From NCBI RefSeq assembly GCF_001194135.2, contig NC_068981.1, forward strand, positions 60,894,708 to 60,958,707: DNA of 64,000 bases, read 5' to 3'. Made by a program: the position numbers and the translations under genes. Shown piece by piece: positions 14,150 to 27,023 of the stretch. The notes beneath the pieces were generated by a model. That model was not told the DNA's origin, did no database searches, and saw only the letters and a list, made by a program, of their open reading frames with translations. The stretch is from Octopus bimaculoides (taxonomy: Eukaryota). Positions within the stretch are counted from its first letter, which is position 1, and the number at the start of each line of letters is the position of its first letter.

Positions 14150-14820
14150 ACCAGGGGACGGCCGATGAAACACCGAGGATGCAGTGTACCAAGCAAACGT
14201 AGCCCGAAACGGAAGCAGCACAAATATCAATAGCATCAATGCCAGCACAGGGATACAAACTAAAATTTATGTTGGATCTTTTAAACCCAGATTTAAAATT
14301 CGCCTGAATAAGCTCAGACCTTCTTTCAGGGTGCCGAAAAGACGCAACACAAAAACACTTGCAGCATACATATGGCACCTAAAGGACGATCATACGCCCT
14401 TTAACATCATGTGGAAATTACTGGAAGCTTGTGGACTCTATCATAATGGTATAAGACTGTGCAAATTGTGCTTGGCAGAAAGATTTATAATTCTCATGAA
14501 CTCACATCTTCAACAGCATAGCCAAAAGGTCAGTTTTGTTTCCAGGACTAGATAACCTGTTATTAGATAACTCCAGGACGGAAGGCGTGGAGAGTTGTCC
14601 ACATTTTATTAAATTTTTACTTCAAAACAGGAAAACGTAGCTAGCAAGTGAAGGAGGACAACTCGCCAGGCCATATTTTTAAAGAGAATTATTTCTTGAA
14701 ATATCACCTGCGTTCTTGTGTTTTAAAATAAACATTCTTTGCATAGAACGGTTACTGTTTAGAGAAACTGAAGAGATGTCTAGTTCACGATAGATATGAA
14801 AACTGGTTCTTTTCTAAACT
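14150..14820 (+). mobile_element. Penelope-like element 3' fragment (GIY-YIG endonuclease plus pLTR)
   Basis: VYQANV...IYVGS..PRFKIR...TLAAYIWHLK...IMWKLL...CKLCLAE is a PLE GIY-YIG domain; a hammerhead motif lies downstream. Confidence 0.88.
14758..14818 (+). ncRNA. type I hammerhead ribozyme motif (PLE pLTR)
   Basis: Stem I TTTAGAGAAA/TTTTCTAAA, CUGAAGA core, 7-bp stem II ATGTCTA/TAGATAT, GAAA, near-palindromic stem III AACTGGTT, UUC cleavage triplet. Confidence 0.7.
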
Positions 14821-14924
14821 TATGTTACGCTTACACAAATATATATATATATATGTGTGTGTGTGCGTGTTCGTATGTGTGTGTGAGTGTGTGTATGTGT
14901 GTGTGTGTGTGTGTGTTATTTCTT

Positions 14925-15111
14925 TACTACCCACAAGGGGCTACACACAGAGGGGACAAACAAGGACAGACAAACGGATTAAGTCGATTATACCAACCCC
15001 AGTGCATAACTGGTACTTATTTAATCGACCCCGAAAGGATGAAAGACAAAGTCGACGTCGGCGAAATTTGAACTCAGAATGTAACGGCAGACGAAATACC
15101 GCTAAGCATTT
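14925..15111 (-). mobile_element. tRNA-derived SINE, family A (head runs into gap)
   Basis: B-box-like GAGTTCAAATTTC on the minus strand, core GTCGAC.TTG.CTTTCATCCTTTCGGGGTCGAT; multiple copies in the window. Confidence 0.85.
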
Positions 15112-15366
15112 NNNNNNNNNNNNNNNNNNNNNNNNNNNNNNNNNNNNNNNNNNNNNNNNNNNNNNNNNNNNNNNNNNNNNNNNNNNNNNNNNNNNNNNNN
15201 NNNNNNNNNNNNNNNNNNNNNNNNNNNNNNNNNNNNNNNNNNNNNNNNNNNNNNNNNNNNNNNNNNNNNNNNNNNNNNNNNNNNNNNNNNNNNNNNNNNN
15301 NNNNNNNNNNNNNNNNNNNNNNNNNNNNNNNNNNNNNNNNNNNNNNNNNNNNNNNNNNNNNNNNNN

Positions 15367-15398
<32 letters not shown>

Positions 15399-15954
15399 GA
15401 TGTCTTATAAAACTCTTCCGTATATACAATAACAGACATACCTAAAATCCAACACAACTCCATCATCAGCTGCCTCACAGATAAGCTATGGCTTATGTAT
15501 ATAAACAAATCTACGTACACATGCTCACACACATATATATATTTATATGCACATATTCAGTAAGGTGCTGGTGTAGTAAGTGTTTATAATCCAAACCTAT
15601 AATTTAGCATTTAGCTAAACGGTAATCACCATTAATTATTTTTCTCTTTATCTAGGTTTCTTGTTGTTGTTATGGTTGTTATTATTTTACATATGTCCGA
15701 TTTAGATCGTCTAGTAAGTCTAATTAAGGCATTTTCATTAAAGTTTGCTTTAATCTGCACTATAAACATGTATGGAGAACATGAATTTGCTTTCATGCTG
15801 GCTGATATACATAACTGTTTGTTCTTTTATGTCACCTATACCTCTTAATTAACTAAGTGGCATATCGTCAGTTAAGACGACGAGTGTTGATTGAATGCTG
15901 TACTCTTTCACAACAACTTTCTCTCACTCTTACTTCCCGTTTCTGTTGTGCCTG

Positions 15955-16135
15955 TAATTCAAAGAGACAGCCTTGTTACGCTGTGTCACGCTGAATGTCC
16001 CCGTGAACTACGTTAAGGGTACACGTGTCTGTGGAGTGCTCAGCCACTTGCACGTTAATTTCACGAGCAGGCTGTTCCGTTGATCGGATCAACCGGAACC
16101 CTTGACGTCGTAAACGACGGAGTGCCAACGACGAC
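15955..16135 (-). mobile_element. SINE-like repeat, family D (3' module)
   Basis: Inverted homolog of 50185-50357 (GATCCGATCAACG.AACAGC..GCTCGTGAA.TTAACGTGCAAGTGGCTGAG); abuts (CA)n. Confidence 0.8.
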
Positions 16136-16161
16136 GACGAACGAACGACACACACATACAC

Positions 16162-16196
<35 letters not shown>

Positions 16197-17700
16197 CACA
16201 ATCACACACGCGCGCGCGCATACGCACACACACATTAGTATGCGATAAAGCCAATATGCGATAAAGGCAAATCTGCTAGTAAAAGTATCCATAGAATTAA
16301 TACATACAGCAAAGAAAAGTAAATATTGTTTATCATTAATCGCGTAAAGTCTTTAACGATATATTCAAGTTAAACCAGATAATGATAAATGTACCGCCAA
16401 TTTGTAAACAATAAACATACTAAAATTACGTAAATAAGCAATAAGAAAATTGATGCCGTTGAATAGCAGAATATCACCATTAGAATCATAAGACTTTTAT
16501 GTGCAGATTCTTTTGTTTAATCTATCAATTTGCTAGGTGCCAAATTAACCCACGGCATAGAGTAAGCAACAACGCTAAATCTAAAAGTATAAATAATAGC
16601 ATATACATATAGGAATCCCCTTACTATAAATTAAAGAAAATTTAGGAAAAAAAAAAGTAAACGCCAGTTTAATCCCTTGTCATTGCAAAGTGGGATTCAC
16701 ATACCCCGATTATATTTCAGGAACTTACAAAGTATTTTCTCCAACGATACAAATGCCATCAAATTTTCAGTAAATGAAATCATATTTGGTGAATCCTAGT
16801 TTAAGTGATAATATTGCTACGAAATTACTACAAACATACTAAAGACCTTAATAATAACCGAGATAGGACTAGTGAAACAGCTTTATCCGGTAGGAATATT
16901 AATAGCAGTGATAATAACATACAACCAGACAATCTTACACCTACCAACTCCCGTAACATAATCAATATTAAACATTATATTCATATTTCATTCAATATGA
17001 ACTTCAAAGAGTATTACTAGTAACGAGGGACACTCTAACAAGGTGATAGAATAGAATTAAAGCATCTTTATGGAAACGGATTTTGAATATATGTAAAATA
17101 TCTCTGTAATATCCTCTCACATAGTGCAACAAAGCAATATATATGGTCTACTTCAATTATTTCAAAATAAGTGCCTCTGTATACACACCCTCAAATCAAG
17201 ATAGGAACATTTTCTAGTTGACCGCCTAAAGAATTTGAAATCTGAAGCTATCGATTTCATATTAAAGTAGAAGATTTGAATATCAGCGAAACAATATGAA
17301 AATGAAAGATGTGTAATGACGGATACGAACATAGGAATAATTAATTCACGAGTCCTGTGAACAATTAATTAATTAGAACCATAACATTGTTTAGTTATTC
17401 AGGTACGATAAGACTTAAAACTCCAGTTAACAGTTCTCTATCACAATTCATAATCTTTACAAAATGTATTAAATTTTCTCCTAATAATATAAATTTATGA
17501 ACAACGCGACATCTAACACACTAAATATCATTTTGCTTCTTTGACATTCAGCGAATAATCCTGCTGACTTGCAAATTCAATGCTTAAATGTGTTAGTTTA
17601 AAATATTTTGTCCATGTTGTACTCTCTTTTCATTAATGTTTATCTATTTAACTTATACTACTTGAATCCGTTTACGACGGGCTCTTAACTACAAAACTAA

Positions 17701-17890
<190 letters not shown>

Positions 17891-17904
17891 ATCATTATTA
17901 TTAA

Positions 17905-18119
17905 GGCAGTGAGCTAGCAGATTCGTTAGCACGCCAGGTGAAATGCTTGGCAGCATTTCATCCGTCTTTATACTCTTGTTTCAAATCCGGCCGAGGTTAA
18001 TTTTGCCTTACATCCTTTCGTGGTCGATGAAATAAGCACCAGTTTAGCACGACTGGGGGCGATGTAATCGACTAGTCACTTCCCACAAAATTTCAGGCCT
18101 TGTGCCTGTAGTAGGCAGG

Positions 18120-18120
<1 letters not shown>
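17905..18120 (+). mobile_element. tRNA-derived SINE, family A, full length, embedded in (TAT)n
   Basis: A-box AGCTAGCAG, B-box GTTTCAAATCC, family A core; (TAT)n on both sides. Confidence 0.85.
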
Positions 18121-18154
<34 letters not shown>

Positions 18155-20199
18155 CATTATTATTATTATTAATTTTGTATAATTTTAAAGCAATCTGATC
18201 TGTAGTTGCGAGCCAGTACCCGATTTCTAGATACAATACAGTGTTTATTTTCAATTAAAAATAGATTTACAAGATTTCCATGAATTAATATATAAGTAGC
18301 ATGGCGTTCTTTTTTTTAAATATTTTCCAAAGTATTAGATTTTTAAAGCGTCAAATTGGATATAACCAAAATTATAATATGCATTTTCTGACTTGGTAAG
18401 TGTTCTTTCTCTTTTCTATATTGATTATTATTTTCTAATTAAATAATACTTTGCTTCTCCAGTTAAAAAAGAAATAACAAGGGGTAGAATTTTTATGTTC
18501 AGTGCGTGATTTAATTAAAATCAGCCCAACCGAAGAAGAAATCTGCGTCGCATCTAAATTTTAAGCAGCATACCTCATATACGGATGCTGATACATTATT
18601 AATCAAATATACGATGAATAATATTTTTAAAAAAAATGATAATTCTTTGTTTCATTAGAAAACTGTATTTATATACATGTCTTTCCGAAAATGATACGCA
18701 TCTATTTTGATGAAAACTAAACACAGTGAACATTTCAATGCTGGCGGCAAGACAGGAAACCAAATACTTAACTGATGAAACATATCACAATGCATGCAAT
18801 TCCGAAAAACCTGTTTGACATTTTATGGTGTGTGACTATTTTTAAATTAGCATAATTTCAGACATACTAACAAGTTATGTCCGGCAGTAACCACCGCATG
18901 GTAACCAATTACATATCTACATTCACATATGCATCTACCCTCATATATATCTGTATGTAAGTGAGTGTGTACGTGTGTGTCGGTATGTGTGAATTTTTGT
19001 GTGTGCACGTGTGTGTGTGCGTGCGTTTATACACAACGCCTTCGTGTGCACTTCACCTGGTATGATGTTGGCTGCAGTTATTACTGTTTGGAAGAAAAAG
19101 GTTCTCGTCATAGCAACATGAGAAAAAGAGAGAGCTTGGCTTTGAATGGTGTCCTCAGACTGTCGGACACATTTTTCTGTATCGTTACGTTTCATAAATG
19201 AGAAAGACATCGCTTTGATAATTCACATACTAATGTGAGTTCCCATCCGTGCTTTCGCCTAAAAATCTAAGCATGTTTACTGGTGCTTACAGTTTCATCA
19301 ATCTGTTAATAAATAGCAATACGAGCAGACTAAAAAGCGACAATTAAAATAAACCTCAGTACATTTATATTTCATGCGCTCGTTAGACACAAGTACAGGA
19401 AGACGCTATTGCTCTAAAAACGCAGAAATTTGTTTCTGTCACTTCCATGAGATCATTTACAGACCAACGCGATGTCACTTCACAGAAGATGAATATTTCG
19501 TCTTGTGTCTATACATAATATTTCGTCTATAAGATGAATATTTTCTTCGATACATTATTCACTGCCAATTTTTTTTTTCAGTTTTGTGTATACACCAGCT
19601 TATGAAATATGAGTATACTCTGCTTTATTATGATATGAGGTGCTTAGCTTGCTCTCATAACCAATTAATTCACTCTTGACAAACATTTGAAAGTGCCGGC
19701 AAATATATTGTTTTCGGATTGCATGGAGGACGGCAGTCTCGATTTGTGAATATATAACTGAATCGGTGTATGTCATTGACGAAAAGTAATTACGTAAATT
19801 AATTTTCTGAGTGTCCAGCAAGTTTACTTCGAACAGAGCTTGATTTACTAATTCAATCCTTGTTTTGTGTTGTTCTCTTGTTTTACGTAGGATTTTCCCT
19901 CGCAGCACGTGGAGATTCTGTGAATTGCAATTGGTTTCGTGGTTGGTTCATCCCGTTTCTTCCCTATATATTTTCTTGTGCACTCTGGTACATAAAACGT
20001 CTCCGCATATTTCATCTTCGCTCGGAGAATCTGAGCAATAATTCTATTTAGGAAACATCAGAACAACTGCTGTATTAAATTTGTACGCTGAAGTTTATTA
20101 ATCATGTTTGAGTTGACATTTTTCCCCTTAAGGTTTCCTCCAACCAGAACTTGTGTCAACGAGAGTTTTCACATTTATATAGTCTTTTACTCTTTACTC

Positions 20200-20505
20200 T
20201 TTTACTTGTTTCAATCATTTGACTGCGGTCATGCTGGAGCACCACCTTTAGTCGAGCAAATCGACCCCAGGACTTATTCTTTGTAAGCCTAGTAGTTATT
20301 TTCTCGGTTTCTTTTGCCGAACCGCTAAGTTGCGNNNNNNNNNNCACACACACACACACACGCACACACACACATATACGACGGGCTTCTTTGAATTTCC
20401 ATCTACCAAATCCACTCACAAGGCTTTGGTCGGCCCGAGGCTATAGTAGAAGACACTTGCCCATGTGGTTGGTAAGCAAGCTACTTACCACAGAGCCACT
20501 CCCGA
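20200..20505 (-). mobile_element. tRNA-derived SINE, family B
   Basis: Reverse complement GAGTGGCTCTGTGGTAAGTAGCTTGCTTACCAACCACATG...GGGCAAGTGTCTTCTACTATAGCCTCGGG, with central (TG)n. Confidence 0.88.
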
Positions 20506-21334
20506 GATTAAAACACATATTCCATAAAATTCCATAAATTAATAGTGCATATACAGTTGTCATAAAATTAATTTATTTTATGACGGAAAAATTAGGGAAA
20601 TCGCGCGTGAGAATTATAAAAAGTGTAGAGAAAAATATGAAACTAATGAAAAACATAGGTAAAGGGAAACCGAAACAAGAAAAATACACAGAAAATAGAA
20701 AAAAGAGAATCAATAGGAAATAGTGGATTAATTTTAGAAAGCAGAAGATTATAAAAATAAATTTTAATGAATTGGAAAAGAAGATTTGAAGTGAAATGCT
20801 TTTATAGTTATTCATGTTTTTTTTTTTACAGCAATAGAAAATGAATTTTTCAATGTCCGAGTGGAAAACCAAGGATATATGCATATCCAAATAAATGCAC
20901 GCATATACATTTGAACGCATATGTATGTGCATGCGTGCATATGTGTTTGCGTGTGTGTGTGGTGTGTCCTTCTGTGAAACTTAATGATTTACAATACTTC
21001 AGAGAGTTCTAAGCCAAAAGTTCATACGAAGATATTTGTTTGGAATGCTTATTTAATAGTTATAGTGCAAAGTATAAATTTTCATTGGAAACTTTTACAA
21101 AGGTCACATTTTATTATTGTGTCCGAACAGTTTTGCCAATGAAAAATTTTTCCAAGACGATGTGTATGAGATATTAAATTATTAAAGAATTATGAGCTTT
21201 CCGATATACGCAAGCAAAAATACGCACACAGAGCGGCGGTGGCGGCGGTGGAAGCTCAGCGCATCAAGCAGCTAAAACAACAACACTACATTTTTAAACT
21301 TTCTAAGATCCAGGAACGATGCATTTAATCAATG

Positions 21335-21404
21335 TCTTTATCTGAAACGATTCCTGTTAGGAGCTGGGAATTTCCAAGATGACTCTCTATCACCTTCCCT
21401 CTTT
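21335..21404 (+). mobile_element. R4/Dong-type RT motif fragment
   Basis: Encodes a GIFQ.DSLSP-like motif. Confidence 0.6.
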
Positions 21405-21669
21405 CGAGGTACGTTTGGCACCGATGTAAGGGAGGTGACTCCGTCCCGTCTGGAACTACTTGCGGATATATATTTGGTTATGAACTCTGTTGAGCTCCAG
21501 ACCAATGCCGAAATACTTCAGGTTTACAAAATCTTGCTTTCACGACGATAATACCTTTCTGTGGGTTTGGTGAAAAATAAATTATAATACAAGTAATAAG
21601 ACAAAGAAATTCTGTCACACATCTTTGATGATTTGCTGCAGTTGTTTCTGTACTACCTCTCCCTGTGAC

Positions 21670-21810
21670 ATGAGACAAGACAAGACAAAAGAGGGAAGGT
21701 GATAGAGAGTCATCCTGGAAAATGCCACCGGAAATTCTTGCATCTCCAGCATTAAGAGATTCATCGTCACTTTTGAAAGTGAGTGTGGTTCTCCATGGTC
21801 TCATACGAAG
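21670..21810 (-). mobile_element. R4/Dong-type LINE RT fragment
   Basis: MRPWRTTLTFKSDDESLNAGDARISGGIFQDDSLSPSLFCLVL. Confidence 0.75.
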
Positions 21811-22022
21811 ATATATGTTTGGAATGTTTATAAGTTAACTAATGATTGTGGTTTTAGACACTAGTGTGGGACTTCATCAGAATTGCATCAACAAGTACAC
21901 TTTCGCATTGTGCGTCTTGCAGACATTAATCTTTGTCTTTTCTTGAAAGGAAACAAAAGGTAAATAAAATTGCGATTAGGGGATGAGTAAATAACAGAGA
22001 GGAAGATATAGAAGAAGGAGAT

Positions 22023-22070
22023 GAATAATAATAATAACAATAATAATAATAATAATGATGATGATGATGG

Positions 22071-22104
<34 letters not shown>

Positions 22105-22130
22105 AATAATAATAATAATAATAATAATAA
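22023..22130. repeat. (AAT)n/(GAT)n compound microsatellite
   Basis: Seen directly. Confidence 0.95.
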
Positions 22131-22211
22131 TCTCTAAATGCTGGAGATGTAAGAATTTCATGTGGCATTTTCCAGGGTGACTCACTATCACCACTCCTCT
22201 TCTGTCTAACC
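22131..22211 (+). mobile_element. 5'-truncated R4/Dong-type LINE starting at (TAA)n; runs into gap
   Basis: SLNAGDVRISCGIFQGDSLSPLLFCLT immediately after the TAA array. Confidence 0.75.
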
Positions 22212-22629
22212 NNNNNNNNNNNNNNNNNNNNNNNNNNNNNNNNNNNNNNNNNNNNNNNNNNNNNNNNNNNNNNNNNNNNNNNNNNNNNNNNNNNNNNNNN
22301 NNNNNNNNNNNNNNNNNNNNNNNNNNNNNNNNNNNNNNNNNNNNNNNNNNNNNNNNNNNNNNNNNNNNNNNNNNNNNNNNNNNNNNNNNNNNNNNNNNNN
22401 NNNNNNNNNNNNNNNNNNNNNNNNNNNNNNNNNNNNNNNNNNNNNNNNNNNNNNNNNNNNNNNNNNNNNNNNNNNNNNNNNNNNNNNNNNNNNNNNNNNN
22501 NNNNNNNNNNNNNNNNNNNNNNNNNNNNNNNNNNNNNNNNNNNNNNNNNNNNNNNNNNNNNNNNNNNNNNNNNNNNNNNNNNNNNNNNNNNNNNNNNNTA
22601 AGAAGAAGAAGAAGAAGGTTGGGGAGTTC

Positions 22630-22785
22630 TAAACTTGTAGTTATTCTGGTGATATCTGTTGCCGAACCTAGTCGGCATAAGGCTATAGTAAAGGACACCC
22701 ACAGAAGGTGCCCCCGCAGTGAGACTGAAAAGGGAGCCATGTACTTGAGAAGTAAATTGCTTACGACACAACCATACATTTATTT
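22630..22785 (-). mobile_element. SINE family B, degenerate
   Basis: GGCTATAGTAAAGGACACC...AAGGTGCC...CAGTGAGACTGAA...CCATGT...TTGCTTAC aligns to family B. Confidence 0.6.
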
Positions 22786-22799
22786 TCAAATCGTTGTTT

Positions 22800-23620
22800 C
22801 CATTCGGAAAACCAGTCACACCTTAAGTACCGGAAACGATGTGTCATTACCCATATTGTTTCCCAGATTGTGTTTCTGGGCTCCTATACGTACTTCACCC
22901 TTTGTAGTCTGATTGTGATGTCTATGTATTGGTAGTGGAATAGTTGAAATATTCCCAGAATTGAACAGCATTCTTTTCTCTTCAGAGTATTTGGATATTA
23001 TAATTAGTCTTTGCCATCATTTTGTTATGCATTCTCCGTTTGACTTTCTATATCTCTTTTGTATTATCAGCGTGACGAGGGATAGAGGTGGTGTGAAACT
23101 GAGAACATATCAAAGAGTGGAACCATAAAATAAACAGATTCATAACAGTCCCTTTAAGGATTTCTTTTACAACTAATATATATTTTGAAAGTAACTAATG
23201 CTACAGTAGCCTGCCCTTCAGAAAATCATGCACCCAGCGTTATCGAAGGATTTTGCTATGTTAAAATATATCACATCCACTTTTCAGTGATGGAACTGCT
23301 GCTAGAAAACTCGACAAACAGCACCAATGATATAGGCGCAGTGCTTGCCAGGTATTTTGGTAGCGTAAAACGTGCTACATGTCTGCGAACAAGCTATATT
23401 CTTCTAAGAATATATTCAGTTTCTTTTTGACAATCTGTTCCATGATGCTGTTGATTTTCTGATGTCAGAGTAACAGACCTATAACTTTTAGTACCTTTTC
23501 TGCTTTCTTCTTGGGACATTATATATTCTTTTTAACCTTTTAGCATTATCACATCCGAAGGCGTTGTGGAAGAGCATCAGCAACAGTTTTGATAAGATTT
23601 TACAGTGTTTGTAAGAGAAC
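22800..23620 (-). mobile_element. CR1/L2-type LINE reverse transcriptase fragment, highly decayed
   Basis: YRSVTLTS, IMEQIVKKKL..FLEE, WVHDFLKGR, PKGTV and ADNTK motifs in RT order. Confidence 0.7.
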
Positions 23621-24239
23621 CGCTATAAAACTCATTTGAGCAAAAGTTTTCGTTTCATCTCACACGTTTATGTATGGATATTGGTTACTTCTATGGAAAA
23701 ATACAAATGTAATACATATACATACATTTACATTATAATTCTACTTATCCATAACAGCACTAATACGCACATTTTCGATTTCAATAAACTCATAATGCAC
23801 GGTATTCATGTTTCGACTTTGAAGTAGTGTGAATTCATCCAGCTCCTCCTCTGGGTGTTTATACAATTGACAGCATAAGGTTAGCGCAGAATATTATCAA
23901 CTAAATGGCAAAATAACTGCTTACATTTGCTTCGGATGTAAGGATCAGTGCACTCAGAAATGTGTGATAATATGACTTTTCATGGATTCATCACATTACA
24001 TATCGAAGTATTTCTTACCAAGGAAAACGTTTGAATATATAAGTTCAGTATCAGATTACATACCTACACACACGCATGTATATATTTGTATGCGGGCATG
24101 CACTTGTGTATTAACCATAACGAGTGCCTGAGAAAGAGTATAACATAACTGAACTTACAATGCTTTCCGAAAATGTGGGTACCTTAGAAGTTACAAGAGG
24201 ACACAGACAACCTTGCGGAACATGAAGGAAGTGGGAATA

Positions 24240-24365
24240 GGAGGGGAATTACGCGGTACCATCACTACGCTGCAACATTTGTTTTAAAGAGTAAACTGGA
24301 GCAGCATGAAATTAAGTGCCTTGACCAAGGAAACAACGCACCTACACGCCCAAGATTCGAAACAA
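24240..24365 (-). mobile_element. SINE family C fragment
   Basis: AAACTGGAGCAGCATGAAATTAAGTGCCTTGACCAAGGAAACAACGC aligns to 11840-11890. Confidence 0.6.
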
Positions 24366-26409
24366 TTTAAGATAGATTGTGAGTGTATGTATTTCCAAGT
24401 ATTGCGTATGTGTTAACCCAATTTGATTTGTATCTCTTTTTGTTAATTTACATTATATACGGTCTGAGGATGATATTCATTGAATTCTCTATTTGTTTAT
24501 ATTACACGCAATCAAACCATTTTGCTCAAACCAACAGTTATTTTGAGTTGATTCCAATTCCATTAGTTTAGCACTAAACATTAAGGATCGAAGGTTAAAT
24601 CAAACATATCCTTTTCTGCCCAAAATTGTGTGACGTGCATGTAGCTATTTTCCTTCCTTTAAGGCAATCTAACACTTTTTGTCATTTTACATTTTGTTCA
24701 CGTTTACGATTATGCTCATCTTTAAAAACCCAATAATTTTATTTATCCATTAGTCCTTGAATGAAGAAGATATGAAAGTTTACTAATTTTATCAAATTAT
24801 CTTTACACATGCAAAGATACAAACACAGTCTTACACAAATATATTCCGCACCTAGTAAAATGCAGTAAAGTATATATATATATATTTTATCGTACAAGTG
24901 TAATTCTACAATCGGTGCAAATAATAAAGTAATATTTCAATAGAAATACATCTGCATCTTTCAATCCTCTCAGTATAACAACCTCTCAATTATAACTAAG
25001 TGCTTCATGCAAATACAATAGCCCTTTCAAAATGTCAGCCAATTAAAACAAAATAGACTCACCTAACTACAGTGAAATGCATTAAATAATTTACGATACG
25101 AGCCAAATAGCAGTGTATTTAGGTGATTCCACACCAGCTCACTAAAGGGCGTCTTCTAGATGCATTTCTGATATCAGTAGAAGCGTAACCGGACGTGCAA
25201 TTAATTGTTTACATTTAGTTCTACAGTTACCAATGAAAATGTTTTGTGTATCCTTGATATATTTACCAAACGCTAACATAAGGAACAGATAAATATCACG
25301 AACAGCTGAACATTAAATTGCTTCATCTATCAATTGATTAAAAATTTTGCGTTGAGTCAACGAAGAACCCCTTGTGCATTTCGTGGTCTGCAAGATTTTA
25401 TAAGAGTAAAATGAATTTCAAATTACACTTCACTGTCTCAAAAACGAAACAGATGTCTTGAGTGAAATCTTACTTGCACTACGTCTAGAAAAAAAAAAGA
25501 GATAAGAGGGAACAGTGTTGAACTGGCATTTTCTAATTATACCCATTAAACCTGGATATGAACAGCAAAAGCTCATCTGCTAGAACATTTCATTACATCA
25601 CCAAAAATAGAGTACAGCACTTCCTTCCCAAAATCATTAGGTCGATCACATCGTTTACACTGCTCAACATATATTTCACTGACATCAATTTCTATAAAGA
25701 GCAAAACACTTCACCTTATATTCACTTCATGAAATCTATGTCAGATTCACGTATTTTGTGATGAATTCTACTTCATGTCAGAAAAAAATTGCCCCTGAAC
25801 CGGTCACATGTATTCAACAATATTCAACTGTCATATTTTATTCTTTCTGAAAAGTTCTATGAAATTGATACTGTTATGTTTAGATCTCAAATCAACAAAC
25901 CTAGAGATGTTACGTACGAATACACTTACACATCATTATGCAAAATGTACACACAATGTACATTATCCAGTACACAATCACTGACTAGAACTACATCACA
26001 CGCACACAAATATAAAATTATATAGGTATTCAGATTTCACTTACTCGGGTTATAGAATCATATATCACACATTACAAAAATAGGACGTATATTCCCATAT
26101 AAAATACCTGACCGATAATACATACCCTTGTTTATCTTTTCTATCCACGTTAGTACCTTAGAAGATAACTATTAATTCTGTAATTTATTTTTAAACCATA
26201 ATCTATTAAATCCCCAACTTAGTTGTAACACTTATTTCTAAATAATTTAACATTCAGCTGGTTTCTCCATTCACGACTACGTACACACTCATATCCGCAA
26301 AGCTAAAATTATTTCTACATCCACTGACCTTAGCCATAAAACGGACACAAACACTTACTACTAGATTTACTCCCCAACCCCTTCGAACTAGAAAATAGCA
26401 CTGGCACCT

Positions 26410-26830
26410 ACTATTCATTTTGAATCCCTTTCATTTTACTTTATTCGGCATTTTTACGTTATCTTCCTTTACCTCCTCCTCTTTCCTTATTTACCCTGAT
26501 TTATTCATTTGTATTTGTTTTCGTTAACTTCATTTACCTCATCCATTCCATTAATTTACCTTGATTTATTTATTTATTTGTATTTTTGCGTTATTTTCCA
26601 TTACCTCCTGCACTCCTTCTTTCCACTTATATATCTATTTATTTTCTTGTTTTTTGTTGTACATTATATTTTTATATACCTTATTTTATCCTTCATACCT
26701 ATCCTTGCTTTCCTCCTCCATTCTCTGTACCCTCTGTTTCTCCTCCATTACCTTCTTATCTTTCTATTTTTCCTTTCTATTTATCCCTTAATAGCCACCT
26801 CTGGCATTTATCTCTGGATATTTACATTAT
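26410..26830. repeat. pyrimidine-rich low-complexity tract
   Basis: Seen directly; the source of the F/L/I-rich spurious ORFs. Confidence 0.85.
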
Positions 26831-27023
26831 CAAGGCTATAACTATACATGGATTTACTCGGGATTGCACCTAAGGATTAATAGACTAACATCTGCAGTAT
26901 CGGAAATTTGGACTGTGGACCTTTATGCTTCTTTTTCTTCTTTTTGTGTAATTCTTTATTCCTTTTTTCCTGCCCTCTGCGTCATCGTTTCATTAATCTA
27001 TACCTTTCGCATTGTCCCTATTT

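Noticed and set aside
19600-20060. Protein-like ORFs on both strands; weak GIY-YIG-like YVPECTRKYIG
   Set aside because: No convincing motif set, so neither a gene nor a PLE can be supported.
21850-21885. Hammerhead-like CTGATGA on the minus strand (similar cases at 39860, 46318 and 62066)
   Set aside because: The GAAA core or the stems are missing.
23543-23609. Apparent + strand exon
   Set aside because: It lies antisense within the decayed CR1/L2 RT.
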